Positions 1 to 13,489 of a DNA stretch of 64,000 nt are shown here, piece by piece (within the stretch, counting starts at the first letter, position 1; each line of letters begins with the position of its first letter). Under the pieces are notes generated by a model, which was not told the origin of the DNA, did not search any database, and worked only from the letters and a program-made list of their open reading frames with translations. The stretch spans positions 91,884,001 through 91,948,000 of the forward strand of contig CM060731.1 in NCBI GenBank assembly GCA_030704615.1, in the 5' to 3' direction. The translations under genes and the position numbers were made by a program. This DNA is from Takakia lepidozioides. Its lineage: Eukaryota; Plantae; Bryophyta.

Positions 1-644
1 ATTCAAAATCATCTGTAGTTTTGTGAGGTCAGATAATTTCGAGGGAACACCTGGAATCACCAAAGTTACATCCTAGACCTCTACTGAACAAGCACTCTTG
101 TTGAATATGAATCAATTTAGAGCTGAACATTTCAGATTTTCTTGCGTGGCGCTGTTCCCTAAATCATGACCCATGTATTGCAATACATAATTCCTCAACC
201 CACCAGCTTAGGCCTATTGCACGCAACGCTGCCACAGTATGTATACTAAAACTAGGTGCACTCCGTATTACTGTTTACAGTTAAACACAGCTGGCCACAA
301 CATCCCAAGGAGACTCGAAACAGAGACTCCTGATGTTCTTTCGACTTGGTACCTAACACACTTTAAGTTCTACTCCAAGAATAAGGTCCAAATTTGATCA
401 TATCCACAAAAGAGACCTCCTCAGCCACAAGCTCCGTGATCCTTGAACGTCACAACTAAGTACTATAGATCCAGCCAAGTAGCCTAAACATGTAAACAAG
501 CCAACTAACAATCCCACATGACGTCCCCTTGATGTTAGCTGCGTGCTCAATAAGACTCTCCATATTGAACTGTACACACAACGATATCCTCTATCAAAAA
601 CTCTCAGACCAAGTCCAACTATATTTCCAAGCTGGACCACTTAC

Positions 645-3600
645 GGGTGAAGGAAGTGCTCAAACAACCAAGCCCGTAGTACGGAGACAGCACGCTCTGG
701 AAGCCCTCGCTGTGGTCGCCATGCATGCTGCTGTAGCATCCCTAATTGCTGGAGTGCCCGCTGCTGACGTAAACGTTGGTCCACGTATCGCAACCTTGAT
801 GTCTCCCCTCTTCCAGTAGTTCTGTAAAAATCATCTTCCCCCAATGCTCTTCTCATCACTCTGTATTGACCACCTATTGCATCCCTTAAACACCTGTAAT
901 GAGAGGTCGAAGGTGCATGCCATATTAGAATCACTCTTGGACATATGAGTTCACATTTGAAACCAGCTCATAAGATATTCCAGATTCTGTGTGCATGATA
1001 CATCTGAATATGTGATCCGTCTTCAGTGACTAATGGCAATGATGGAAATGTATAATAAACATGGAATACCAAAAGAAAGATCGTGCAGCCAAATGAGAGC
1101 CAAATTCAGAATCCAGTAAGAGAGCATACGTATATGTACATGCATGATGGAACTGACAGCCTGATGCAGGGAAGCTTGAAATGTAAAATTCAAGTTAGAG
1201 GATGATGTCAACCACAAGGTCTCATCAGAACTTCGTTCAGGGCATATTTCAATAGAAGATGGTACGTACCTGAAGTGACGTGACATTGCTTGCAGAGCCA
1301 AAACAGTATAGGGTGTGGCTGCGTGTAGTCCTGCTTGAGAATTGAAGCCACTTATCACAATTTGTAATTGATCGCAGTACTGCCGGTAACTTCTTTCCAC
1401 CTGTCAGATTGCAAACTTGTCAGATCTAAACAATCTCTGGGGCTCGTATCGACTTTTAGCAGTGATATATAGACCACCAAAAGGCAAACCTGACATTTCC
1501 CAATTCAGAGGGATCAAAGAGCATCGACATTTCATACTTCTACAGAAATATAGCTATCATCATAACCTTTGTCGTCCTTTAAAAGATTATGTACAGATTT
1601 TTGTTGAGAAGATCATGAAACAGAGACATTGTAAACTGGCCAGTTGAATTGATTTGCCTTATCCTGCAAATCAAAACCGCAACTCTTGTCATGCTGACCG
1701 ATCTGAGGATCCTTCTAAACATCATGATCATGATGGTTTCTTCCAGTTCCACATGGGATTGGGAGCTGTAGATGGTGAATTGACGGTTATAATGTAATCA
1801 CCGCACTCGACAGAATTACAGCTTTACACACTTTGCTTCCTGAAAAAGGTCTCTATACTCCATGTGCACTGTCGACACTAAATTCATGGCTTGATGTGTG
1901 TACAGAGGCCTCCTGTGCATCTACTAGTGCATCTGATTAAGTACTTTAGGTCTCAAACCACTTGGATACCACAAAGATGTACATTTTCATGTTATACGTG
2001 GCTCGTACGTGGTGGAAGCTGGGTTCATAAATCAGTGATTCTTATTCCTGAAAAGTATTATATAGCAGAGATAGCCTTGGTTAGCAGCCTGGACCAGTGC
2101 TATTAGATTACATGCCTATGTAGAAGAAAGCGCATAGAAGCAGCTCCAGATTTTGTTTTTACCTCATCCAGCATCAATGCAAGCTTCCCCTTCTTTATAT
2201 GAAGATCTTCTCTGTTATCTGTCCTTAGAGTGGTATCAGCAGCGCTTTGACTCACTTCGGATAAATGGGAAACGGCGGTCACCGATGCTGACGTGTCAGG
2301 AAACGATCCGTGATTCCTTGTAGATTCAACTTCAGATATCGCCGTTACAGTACACTCATCTTTGCCGTGATGAGTTAAATTCCCTTCGATGCTTGCAGAG
2401 CTTCCAGCAGCCATCCAGTGCTCTGACCTTGCAGGCTTAGAGCGTTTGCAGGGGGTCACCCTACAAACTTCAACCAATATTTCCTGGGCAGATCTCAGGA
2501 ACCTAGAGGCTGTGAAATAATTGTTGGATCCACCTGATCCTGCTGGCCCACTTGTTCTGAAATCTACGTGATGCTGTCTACCCCCGATAATGTCCACAGC
2601 TTCTCTCACGGATCTTCTAAAGCGACTCAAGCTTGCATTGGCGCCTGTAACATATCTGCTGGATGCTCCCTCGGCCTTCGCTTCCGCAGCAGCATGAGAG
2701 AGAGCAGCAGCAACAGTACCGATTCCTGACTCAGGAAGATGTGAATGCAGAGATCGGAATTGCAAAGCCGAGGATTGTGGTTGATGTGAAGAGAGAGACA
2801 AAGAGAGGCCCTGGCCAATATTGACAGAACCATATGAATGCTCAATGTGTGAACCACTTCCATCTCCACCGTGAACAGAGGTTGTTGGCTGGTGATGCAT
2901 ATGCGAGAGATCATTAGCACCACGGCTGACTCCGAACTGAGACAAACTGCCAAATTGAGACTGAGCATTCAGAGATGCTTCATTTGAAGGTAGAAATAAG
3001 AGCTCGTTTCCTCCATTGCGCCAACTGTTATAGTTTTGGTTTTCAGTACGGGACCCCTGTATATTTCGAATGTGGGCCTGGTAAGTCAGAGGTACATTGT
3101 TGGGAGCAATGGCTTCCAAAGCCCGCTGACTCAACGCACTCTGTGCAAGAGAAGGTGGGATAAATGGAACACGGAACTGATGCTGGTCCTGTTGATCAGT
3201 GGAATCCTGCTGTGAAGATGGGGCTGTTTCCCCAGGCTCTGGAGGATACAGCACTGTAGCTGACGCATCGGAGCTGTATCCGTGCGCAAAACCTGGGTTC
3301 ACGTAATAAAGCTGCATTGCTTCCGGTTGGGAATTTGATGATGAGAAGTAGATGGCAGTGGCATCCTTATGATCACCCCTCTCAAAGGAGCTTCCGTGTA
3401 GACCACCTACGATTTGAGCAGTTTCCGCCGTATTCGAAGTGGTCGCCAGTATACCAGATCCACTTGTGAGAATATTCTGCAAAGAAATGCTCAAATGTCC
3501 AGCCTGCTGCCCAGCGGCTGCACTCAAGCTGCCCCAGCTGTTGGACTTTGATAGAGCAGTCGAATGACTTGAAAATTTTCCAGAATTTGTAAGGATTGGA

Positions 3601-3893
3601 TTAGAATAATCGTCAAGCGTTCCAAGCAAAGATGAGCGCTGTGCAGTTCCAACATCAGCACCTGGTGAATGGCTCGAGGACTCTGAAGGCGCTGCGAGTA
3701 GCTCAGCCCCTGTCAGGAAATTGTATGAATCTGACGATATCAGGTGACTATTGTAGCCGGGAAGCACATCGCCGTGCAGTGCATGGTCGTTGGGATGCTG
3801 TCCGTATCCTCGTAAAGATGAGACTTCTGATGGTGGCTCAAAGTTTTCTGATTCTGGCTGGACCTTTGGCACCTGCTTGCAACAGATTTCCAA
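645..3893 (-). CDS. BEL1-like (BELL/TALE) homeodomain transcription factor, partial. Exons about 3893-2163, 1400-1270 and 893-645; the rest of the homeodomain lies left of the window.
   Basis: GLSLSLS motif, SKY-like box ([15 protein letters not shown]), BELL/POX domain ([12 protein letters not shown]|[18 protein letters not shown]...[14 protein letters not shown]|CLRDAI) and homeodomain start ([26 protein letters not shown]). GT-AG junctions join the exons in frame. The true start codon is unresolved because the ORF track starts at a TTG. Confidence 0.93.
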
Positions 3894-6800
3894 GCACGTG
3901 TTACAAGCACTGCAGATTATGATATATCAAGGAATCTTAGAAAGGCCGCGTAATAGAAACAGAGTCCTCGTATCCATGGAGGCCGAAACAGAGTCTTCAG
4001 GGGCCTGCTGACTGAAAGCAATAATCGGCATGATCCAATAAAGTCACAGGTAAGAATAAATCAAGGAGCCCTACCAGAGGATATGCTTGATGAGGGAGAA
4101 GTCCTGAAGAGTGGTTAGCCATGGAACTCAACTGGAACTGATGTCTCTGCACAAGCATAGATATCATTTTGTTCGAGAGATAAGGCAGCTGTTTTCCATG
4201 TTGTAGCTTTGTAGTCTCTTCTCCCTTAGGAACCTCTTAAGAACCAATTTGTTAAAGCTTGATAGATCCTCAGCATTCACCTGTACAGGTGAGCCTATCA
4301 GCTTTTTCAGTTACTGAATGACCAACATTTTACTTGGTTTTGCAATCAGAGCAACCAGCAGAGCATAAGAAGCAGACTTTCTGGGATTCATCTCATAACA
4401 GATCATGATAGATCTCATCTTTATCCCCCCTGGATCGCATCTATGCAAGATGTAGGGCAAAGAGTGAAGATGGACCTAATGTCCCACGAAGCACGGATAC
4501 CTGAAAGCAGCCTGGATTTCTGCTTTCAGTTGGAAGCGGCCAACTTCAGTCTTCGCTTCTATGAGATGGATTCGTACTTGCCATTCCTCATCGAGTGTCA
4601 CCTCCTGCTGGCCCATCTCCCTTTCATTCTTCTTCTGCTATGCAAGTAGCCCTCAAACAAAATCTTCCGGGTACTAATCACAACACAAGAGCTGTCAACG
4701 TCCGGGTCCGTCCCGAGGTATCAAAGTCCCGAGAGTGAAGGGAGAGCTGCGAGGTAGAGCTGTAATGATTTGACCCATACTCCTCCCCCCGCTGCCGACG
4801 TGCACCCAAGTTCGGAGCACCCTCAGTGCACAAACCTCCGACGGCCAATGCATTTGCAAGCGTGCGTCAGTGCGAAGCCGATTGCAATGGTCCCTGTCCA
4901 GATCCGAGAGGGACCTGCGGCATCCATCTCTTAGGCCCGGCCCCAGCTCTCTGACCGCAGCTCAGCTTGCCAGTACCCACTTTCCTCCTTCCTTTTCATT
5001 CACTTCATTTCGTCCCCCGTCCACCTTCACCCTCGCCTGCGCAGCCGGGTCCATTTGTGCCGCAGTTTGGATGAGTGCTCTCGACCATAAACGGATGCAG
5101 TATGCGGACCAATGATCTCATTCATCTGTCGGCTACTCTTGCGGGCAGCTTCCATGGCAGCCCAACTTCTGCCCAAAGTGCAAAATGCTGAAAGTTTTAT
5201 ATCCTTCGTTAAAAGTGAAAACCCCGTCGAAAGATATTTCTACTGCATGCCCGGCCTGCCCCATAAAGACCCTGACTGGATCCACTGCATTTGCTCTCTA
5301 ACAGCCGACTCCATCCATCGGGACCATTTAAACTACTAAGAGGAGGCTATCATCACAAGTGGAGGCGACCTCCACGTGGCGGTGGAGGAATACGGTAGCG
5401 CGCGAACCGAAAATGGGCGGCATTTAAGGGTGCAGCCTTAGGAGATCACACGCGTTGCCCACTGATGGCGACGGCGAATTTGGATCCTCCGGATACAGCG
5501 ATACTCTGTCAGACAAAGAGGCCTGCACTTCTGACCCAGCGGTCCACTCCACACCTCCCAGGTGACGAAATGTATGTTTGATGAGTATTCGTTAATGTCG
5601 ACGAAGGGACGACGACAGGATAAACCTTGTGCGTTTAGCCAGCTGGGAAAAACAAGAGGACGTGATGGCGATCGCTGTCTTGGCCTCGGGCCCACAATCG
5701 CCATGCACATAGTACGGAAATCGCCATTTCCTAGATGGACAACCGTGGTATTCTTTTCATGTGCATTTTCTTGGCGCTGAATCGGCGGGACGGTGACGAA
5801 CGAATCTTCTTATATCCCAAATTCATTTGTTCATCACTTAACAGAGTAATTCAGGATGAAATAGGAGGCATCGATGTGTATATGGAATTGTTTTTGGATA
5901 TAGTATGGTTGAAGACATGTGAACAAACAATGTGTGACTGTGCAAGGAGAAGACGCTCTTCTTTACGCTAGCTAACCGCTAGCATATATATATATTTATA
6001 TACACATGTGACCGGACGCTCCCCGAGAAACACCAAAATCAATTGATGCGTCATCATCGTAAACGTCCATGTAAAGACCAGCAACGTATGCCACAGTGAG
6101 ACCAATCCACCAGATTTCTCATTATCACCCAGATATCAACTCAACCCCCCGTTGAATGGGATACAGGTCACGTCGACCATGGAGGAGACGCTATAACGGG
6201 GACAGCAGCCTTGTAGGAATACGACTTTTGGCCCTTGTGTTAGTCTAACCGAGACTTTTCAGAAGTCATTGACAGAGTCATGTTCGATTCAACATACGAT
6301 AGCTACCGACAAATACTTCACTGCTTACCGACAAGACAACCAACATAAGGGGTGATATCTTACTAGTTGTCCTTGGAAACAATGGAACTTTGTAGAGCAT
6401 TTGTCTGAAGCTATAAAACTGGGTGCACAGGACGAACGACTCTATATCGTTAGTTGACTAATTGGGTAGACTAACATCAGTATCAGTGGTCCTATTGTTG
6501 ATGGTCTTTGGGGGTGAATATATGTAACTTACAACAATTAGGGTTTTGGAAACCGGTATTATTACGAATTATAAGGTTTGCCAGAGGGATGTGTGATAGG
6601 CTTATATGTAAACAAGCACCGTACACAGACATATCGAATCGAAACCAGGACTCCGTGTACCCAGTTTTAAATGGTGTTCTTGGGCGTGTTGCCTCATTTT
6701 CAAGTAATGCATTGTTGCAAAGTTGCGAGCGATGTTCCGGTACTTCAAAATTGGCCAGTTGGGTAGGCCCATGGTACATACATTGCTCTTGTCGGCCTCA

Positions 6801-7607
6801 ACACCCCGAACGATCATGTGCCGCATCCAGATTTTTAAGCATATGCCATGAAGTTGGCACATCCGGGCAGGCCCTGCAGGTATTTTCTTTTTCTGAGGAA
6901 AGGGACACACCCCAGATATAATAAGATCAAGGGCAGGCCTTCCTCATGGGCCCAGATATTACAGGGTCTCTTTATATGATGGCCATCAAAACTCTTAGGG
7001 CTCGGGGATGCATCCGTCCAGAAGGACGGATGATACGGATGACTTCATTCATCCAATGACGGGATCCTTGCGTGTGTGTCCGTTGCGTGCGACAGCTCGC
7101 GGGGGAGCATCGGAGCCGTTGACAGGGCGACGGACGGGTACAGAATACGAGAAATACTAGGGCGGGAGACCGGCGACGCGGCGCTCTGTGGGCCGTCAGA
7201 TGGAAAGCACGGGCAGATGGCGTGCTCATTAGACAATGGCCCGCCTCCCCGTACTGATGTGACCCATGCACCGTTGCGATGGCAGGCTCGTGCCATCCAC
7301 GGCCGCTAATCTCTGGCGGGTCGGACGTCGACCTGGCACGTTTGCCCTGTGCTGGACGCCTTTACTAGAGGCCTTACAAAGCTGCCCTAATGGACGGATG
7401 ATCTCCGACCATCCACAGATGAACAGACCCGGGGATGATGTCAGACGAGTACCTGACGTGGAAGCTTCCCTCCTTGGCTAGATACTCGGGCAGAAAAATA
7501 AATCCGTACCACTGCCCGATCAGGTATATTTGTTTGGGGCGAAATTGGTCAAAACATTTAAATTAGTTAAATTAGCGGTCTGAAACATCAATATATGAAG
7601 GGAGACG

Positions 7608-7642
7608 TTTGTTTGTTTGTTTGTTTGTTTTGTTTTGTTTTG
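7608..7642. repeat. (GTTT)n/(GTTTT)n microsatellite
   Basis: Directly visible run gtttgtttgtttg...ttttg. Confidence 0.8.
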
Positions 7643-7925
7643 TAGCGTTGAGATGTCCCAAACCGCGAGGCCCCGGCGCTGGTGCTTGGTACCGTTGGAA
7701 AGCCCTCGATGAGGAGGGGAGCACCGGCTTGTTTCACGAGTTTTGGACCTACGGTGTGGGAGATGTGGAATTCCAAGTACTTTTGGTCGCTGGAAATTCA
7801 CAAAAAATAGCAAAAATGGCAAAGTGGGCATTCCTGGACAATGGTTGGAGCCTTGACGGGATAGATATCAAGGGAAAGGTCTCCGGTTCAAATCTGGTCG
7901 TACGCTCTGTGGAAAAAAAACTTAC

Positions 7926-8201
7926 TTAGATGACATTGGACACTTGGGCCAACAGCAAAGGCTACCCTAGAGATTGTATTTGGGCCCGGACATAGGAGAC
8001 ACACTTTGATACATAGGGGATTGCACTTGGACTTAGATGACACTGGACACTTTGGGCCAACGGCACATGCTACCCTAGGCCTAGATCTCCCAAACAGGAT
8101 TCTTCACACATGGGCCTGGACAGAGGAGATTCACTTGGATACATAGAGGATTGCACTTAAATGACACTGGACACTTGGGCCAACGGCACAGACTACCCTA
8201 G
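7926..8201. repeat. About 2.4 copies of a 107-124 bp tandem repeat
   Basis: Unit start tta(g/a)atgaca(t/c)tggacact(t)tgggccaac...ctaccctag recurs at about 7926, 8033 and 8157. Confidence 0.8.
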
Positions 8202-9324
8202 TTAATATATAAAAATAAAATGTACTGTGTATACGGCTTCATCCCAGCCGCTGATCTCAAGGGGAGGTCATTTCCAAATATTACAACTTGACGTGCAAAA
8301 AAATATCGGGTGCCGAAAATTCTGAGAAAATAAAATTTAGAATATATTTAGAAATACTGTAGGGTACTAATATATTGACGGCACCGCATTTAAATTGAAA
8401 TAGGGTCCAAAATGAAGACGGATTCTTCAAAAAAATTAAAATTAATATATGGTGGAGATAAATTAAAGGGACACGTGTCGATCAGTGACACGCATCGGAG
8501 AGGGCGTAGGCGCATGTGCACAACAACCCTAGGCTTCCCTCTCTCCTGTCGGTTGCAATTCGTGGTGACATTGTGCTACAGAGAGAGAGAAAATGTTGTG
8601 CGCTCAGTGGTGCAAGCATTGTGGCCTACAGGTTTTGAAGTTTGCAGGGCGTGACAATGGAGAAGCGTAGATTGAGGGGGAAGGATGGCAACACAAGCAT
8701 GGCGGCCCATAGGTTTTGAGGGAAATGGTGGATAGGCGGAATACAAAAAATGAGAAGAAAGGTAGGGAGCAGGTGGGAGGTCGCTCGACAACCAGTTGAT
8801 CTCCTTAACAAGCCAGCCACAACAATCATGGTGCTTCTCAACTACTTCTCAAAATCTAGAGGGCATCTGAAATTCAAATATGATGTAACCGATAGACATA
8901 AATTCGATTATTAGTTCAGTTACTATGAGATTTGATTTTGCTCGGAACCTTTATACTTTAAATGATGCTGATGCATCTACTTTGGATAAATTTTTTTCCA
9001 GCAAATAAAAAAATTATTACCCCGTAATTATTTAAAAAAAAATTAGGTTAATATAGGATGTCCAATATTTGTTACCTGCTATAAAATATAAATAATATAG
9101 CCTACAAGAAAATATGTCATATTACAAAATTATGTAATAATAGGGTGGCCAAAAATTCAGAAAATAAAATTAATACCCCCATAGAAAATGCCTATTTGCC
9201 TCAACTAGATAGGGAGTGACCTCCCCGAGGCTGGTCTCCATTTATCCATCTCTCGGGCCCTGCTATCACTAACTGTTGGTTACAAATTACAAACGCAAAT
9301 ACTTACAACATAGAAAATTTATAC

Positions 9325-9480
9325 ACAAAGCTAACATGGCGCACAGTCAAACAGGTGTGGAGGGGATCCAAAGACAAGAGAATCAAAACAGTAATTCCCC
9401 CACACCAAAAACACTCCATAGTGCCGCTCCTGCAAGCTACCCCAACCCAAACCCGGACTGACTCTTGCCTCCACCTACGG
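9325..9480 (-). mobile_element. Fragment of the pre-gag leader of the methyltransferase-bearing Gypsy family
   Basis: Its reverse complement aligns by eye with about 42175-42335 (shared aacatggcgcacagtcaa, ggggatccaaa, ccccacaccaaaa, cccggactgact). Confidence 0.7.
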
Positions 9481-11569
9481 AAAGGTTTTGGCCTACAGAG
9501 AGGGTGAAAAACTACGGGGAGGAGAGACTAAAGCAATTCCTAATCCTAGAATGCTCTTATCCCACCACTCTCCCTCATGTCTCTACCCACTCGCTTGGGC
9601 GACCGCGCGCAGCGGGCGGGCGGGCGGGCGGGGGCGCCCCTTGTCCGTGCGTGGGGCCTCGCGCGTGCGCTTGGAAAATGCTATTATCTTAAAATGAGAG
9701 GCACAACAAAATGGAATCGAATTAGCACCTCAAATCTCTTCCCATCTAGAATGTGAGAAAATGATTTTATGTAAGTCAAATTGAATACTACGGATAACAT
9801 GTGTGTTGAAACAAGTGAATGTAACTATTGCAATATTTCATGAACAATGTGATTATCAACACAATTTTTTTTTACTTGTACAAATACCGTAGCAGGGTCG
9901 CGCGGTGATCAGCACCATTGAGGAGTGCGTGGGGCGTACCATCTGTGGTCATCGCCCCACCTTAGTAGATTGGCTGATTGGGATCGGCCCAGGATAGGAC
10001 GGGTTCGAGGGCGAGAGTCTCCGCATCCGAGGAGAGCCTGTCGGCCGTTCTTGCCTCCCTGATACTACCATCGCGGTTCCACACCAGCAGCTCTTATTCG
10101 TGAGTTGATTGCATCCGGTTCGCTCTCCTTAGTACGTACATTGAGGGATCACCCCGCAGAGAGTTCTTTCATTGCATCATTTCCTGCGGTTCGTAGGTCT
10201 GTCCCACCGGATCCAGCACGACCGGTGGCTTTTCCTTTTGGCCTGAGAGTTCCCCGGGCTTATTCGTCTCGCTTACCATTTCGAGTGGTATATGCGACTT
10301 CCTCGGTGGATAGTGCCCCAAGTGGACCTTTAGAGTATACCTCCTCAAAGGAGGACGATCCAGTGTCTGGTAGCCCTCGGGGAGCCGAGTGATTAGTACT
10401 GAGATCTCAGGAACCTCTAGGGTGAGGGGTCATGAGAATCCAGTTGATTTCAGCAGGACTAGGATGCAGTAGCAGAGTACGGTTATGCATTGTTGTATTT
10501 AAACCATCCAGACTGCATCACGTCCATTTTATTATTTCCATTGACTAACGCATTGTGCAAACAAGTATGAGAATGTCAATATCAGGGAAAAAGTTGGTAT
10601 GACCTTCGACGCGAAAATCAAACGCCTCTGACATCGGTTCTTCCATGCTCCACTAGAAGTGCGAATCCGAATTGAGGCCTATCTCCGTTATCTGGCTGAA
10701 AAGAAGGAACACCAAAAAACGTTGGATTGACGAACGAGTTTGGTGTACCCGACAACTTCCAACGGGTGTCTCTCAAAAAAATTATTGATGCCCAGATAGA
10801 TTTGTGTTTCCAGGGTGCTCGTGCCCAGAAATTTATTTGGGTGCTCTACACCCCAGGTCATCATTAGTGGCCCATTTAAGGTGGCAGATTGATTTATTCG
10901 GGATTTCTTTACCCATTGTGACTCATGTCAATTCTTTGCGGCACAACATCTGGTCCTGAAGGCAGATTGTGAACATTGTAGAGGTCCTTGGCCTATAGGA
11001 CGGCCGTTAATGCATAGTCGGTTACACACGGAGGTACCACCATTACCAAGGTTCCACGGTAGGTATCCTGATTTAACCTCCTTCATTCTTGATATGGTCC
11101 TTCAAGGGAATATATGCCCTTTGGTGCAACCAAAAGTAGGAGAGTCATCATTTCAATAGTGAGTGTACGTCTAGCTCAAGATCGAGAGAAACATTCCTAA
11201 GTTTAGATAGTATATCTTTTGACACTAGACTGCAGCGTCGGCTAGCCAAGGAGGCAGTCAGGGACCAGTTGCTAGGAAAGAATCTAGAATTGAGTCCAGG
11301 ATCCGATTCGGACACCCGCAGTCTAGAAAGGATAGATTGGGAACAAGATGATATTGTCCAGGGATGCCTCGGCGTGAGCCTGGTCACGTGAGCGCAACTG
11401 CGCTCACGCCACGTCACCTTGCGCAAATGCCACGTCACGGGGCTCACTCCACGTCATCACACGTGAAGGCCGCGTCACCACGCGCCCAGAAAGAAGTGGA
11501 GTGTATTCCCGCGGATTGGCACCCTTTACCGCGGAAACAAGCTGGACGACATAATAAAAGGCATTGAAT

Positions 11570-11920
11570 AAAAGATGGATGAATGTACAGTTGGATGATA
11601 AACAGATGGATGAGTGTGAAAAATGAATGTAGATGGATGAATGAGGGATGGATAAGAGTAAAATGGATGAATGTATAATGGATGTTGAGCAATGACAAAA
11701 ATTCATGACAGGAAGATGCATGACCAAATCTTTTGACGAATGCACAACGTATATGAAATGAGTGTGGAAGGTTTGTGGGGTGGATTAAGAGTACAGAGGA
11801 TGAATGTACAATGGATGTTGTACAAAGGAAAAAATTCATGAATGGAGCACGCATGAATACAGTGTAGATGAATGCACAATGGATATGAGAAGAGTCAGGG
11901 AGGTTTGTGAGATGGATTCA
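11570..11920. repeat. Low-complexity GGATGAATG-type repeats in the left subterminal region of the MULE
   Basis: Repeated atggatgaatg / gatgagtgtg motifs. Confidence 0.6.
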
Positions 11921-12370
11921 TACATATTGCAATTTAAATGAAAGTTGATTCTGTGATTATTATTTGTTCTAAAGGAACAACTACGGTGGAGGAAGGGGAT
12001 TCAACGTTTTCCAGATAATATGAAAATGAATATTAAAAGAATACAGTTCAGTCTAACTCAGAGTCAGTACAATGTATCCCCGCTTCCTCTGCATCTAAGT
12101 CTAAGTATTTTAGAACACCGGATCCACGCTGGATACACCTACGGTTGGCCACTAAAAAGTCAGGGGATAGGGACTCGGCCGCGTGAAGTGCCATTGCTTC
12201 GGCATAAACAGGAAGCAGAAAATTGGAAAGGGGGCTGTCGAAAACAGACTCGCCAGAAATGACTGTATCTCCTAAAGATCCACCGCTGCCTTTCCTGAAA
12301 GACAGCCTGAAAAAGTTATTACTGTAACTTTGATGTTATTGAGAAATTGAGTATGACTCCCAAAGAGGGT

Positions 12371-13486
12371 TTAGCACTTACTCACATGAAAAGTCGTTGT
12401 CGACCTGCTATCTTCGGGATCGTCATCATTTCGAATTTGAATCCGATCAGTCTGTGTGCCTGAAGTGGAGCCAGACAAAAGGGGGAGGAGCACTGTGTTG
12501 TAGAGGTCAGAATCACCCTCCATGCCAAAAAGGCTTCTTCCGCCTGCCTTGCATGCATGGTAAGTTGCTCCTGCACCAGACAGGAGAACATGAACAGTTT
12601 GGAGGGGGGGATTTAAGCAGATGAAACTATTGAAAGAAAACCAATTCGGAAGGGAAAAAACAAACCTGTGGACACAGAAAGATCGACCACCCGTGCACAG
12701 CGGTGGCTGCATGACTCCAGCAGTATTTGCATGAACGCTGGGGACTTTTCCTTTGCACCTCTCCAGGGAGTGCCATCTAGTCTCTTCAGAGTCTGACTGA
12801 ACTGCATGAAGTTGTACAAAATGTCATCGACATGGGGCTCATAAGGGGGGTTGACGAAACAACCCTGGTCAGAAATCTCAAAGCTGCGGATGGAGGATGG
12901 TGTCTTTGAGGTGCGAATCCTCCGCAGGCAGATCGCCTCGAACATCCTTGTCTGCCAAAGATAGCAGGTTAGTGTGGTAAACACAATCTATAGTGGAAGT
13001 GTGTACATCGGCTATTCAGAACTCAGACACAAAAAAATCATGAATCGGTGTTGATCGGTGTCGATCATAACACATTCTACTAAAGTGGAGCTGCAGAGAA
13101 AATTGAAACTCATGATCAACGCACAAGCAGAAGGGAGACGGCATACCAGCTGACTAGGGAAACCCCCTTTCACAAGGTAGAGGCTGTTCACACAATTCCA
13201 TGTGCGCAAAACTTCAAACCCTGAAGACTTGAGGTATGATGCCAATGCCCGATGACTATCATTGTCACATGACTGAAAAAGCAGAAGTGTCCCTGCATCA
13301 GAGAGGAAGTTGTTACAGAACCCGAACACCCAACTCCAGTAGTTGTCCTCGAATTTGTTCCAGCCTGGCGTCTTGCCCTTTGGAAGAACTTCTGGCACAG
13401 CCTGGCCATCCGGGATGTCGAGAATGACAATGTCGGCCGCATAAGTTTTCTGCACACCGCACACGAAGGTGGGGACCTGTGCTCAC
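12371..13486 (-). pseudogene. 3' exons of the MULE cargo gene: beta-class N6-adenine/N4-cytosine DNA methyltransferase-like domain
   Basis: ADIVILDIPDG sits at the motif IV position (cf. DPPY), followed by NFLSDAGTLLLF. After splicing, GAKEKSPAFMQILLESCSHRCARVVDLSVSTG|ATYHACKAGGRSLFGMEGDSDLY follows the HPTxKP..L...LI......VLDPFxGSGTT..A....R..IGIE.D..Y pattern. A GT-AG intron (about 12571-12665) joins STG|ATY in frame. Confidence 0.72.
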
Positions 13487-13489
13487 CTG

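Noticed and set aside
5970-8210. Possible Helitron or MITE remnants upstream of the BELL gene
   Set aside because: No convincing termini, TSD or helicase motifs. Only the tandem repeat and microsatellite are supportable.
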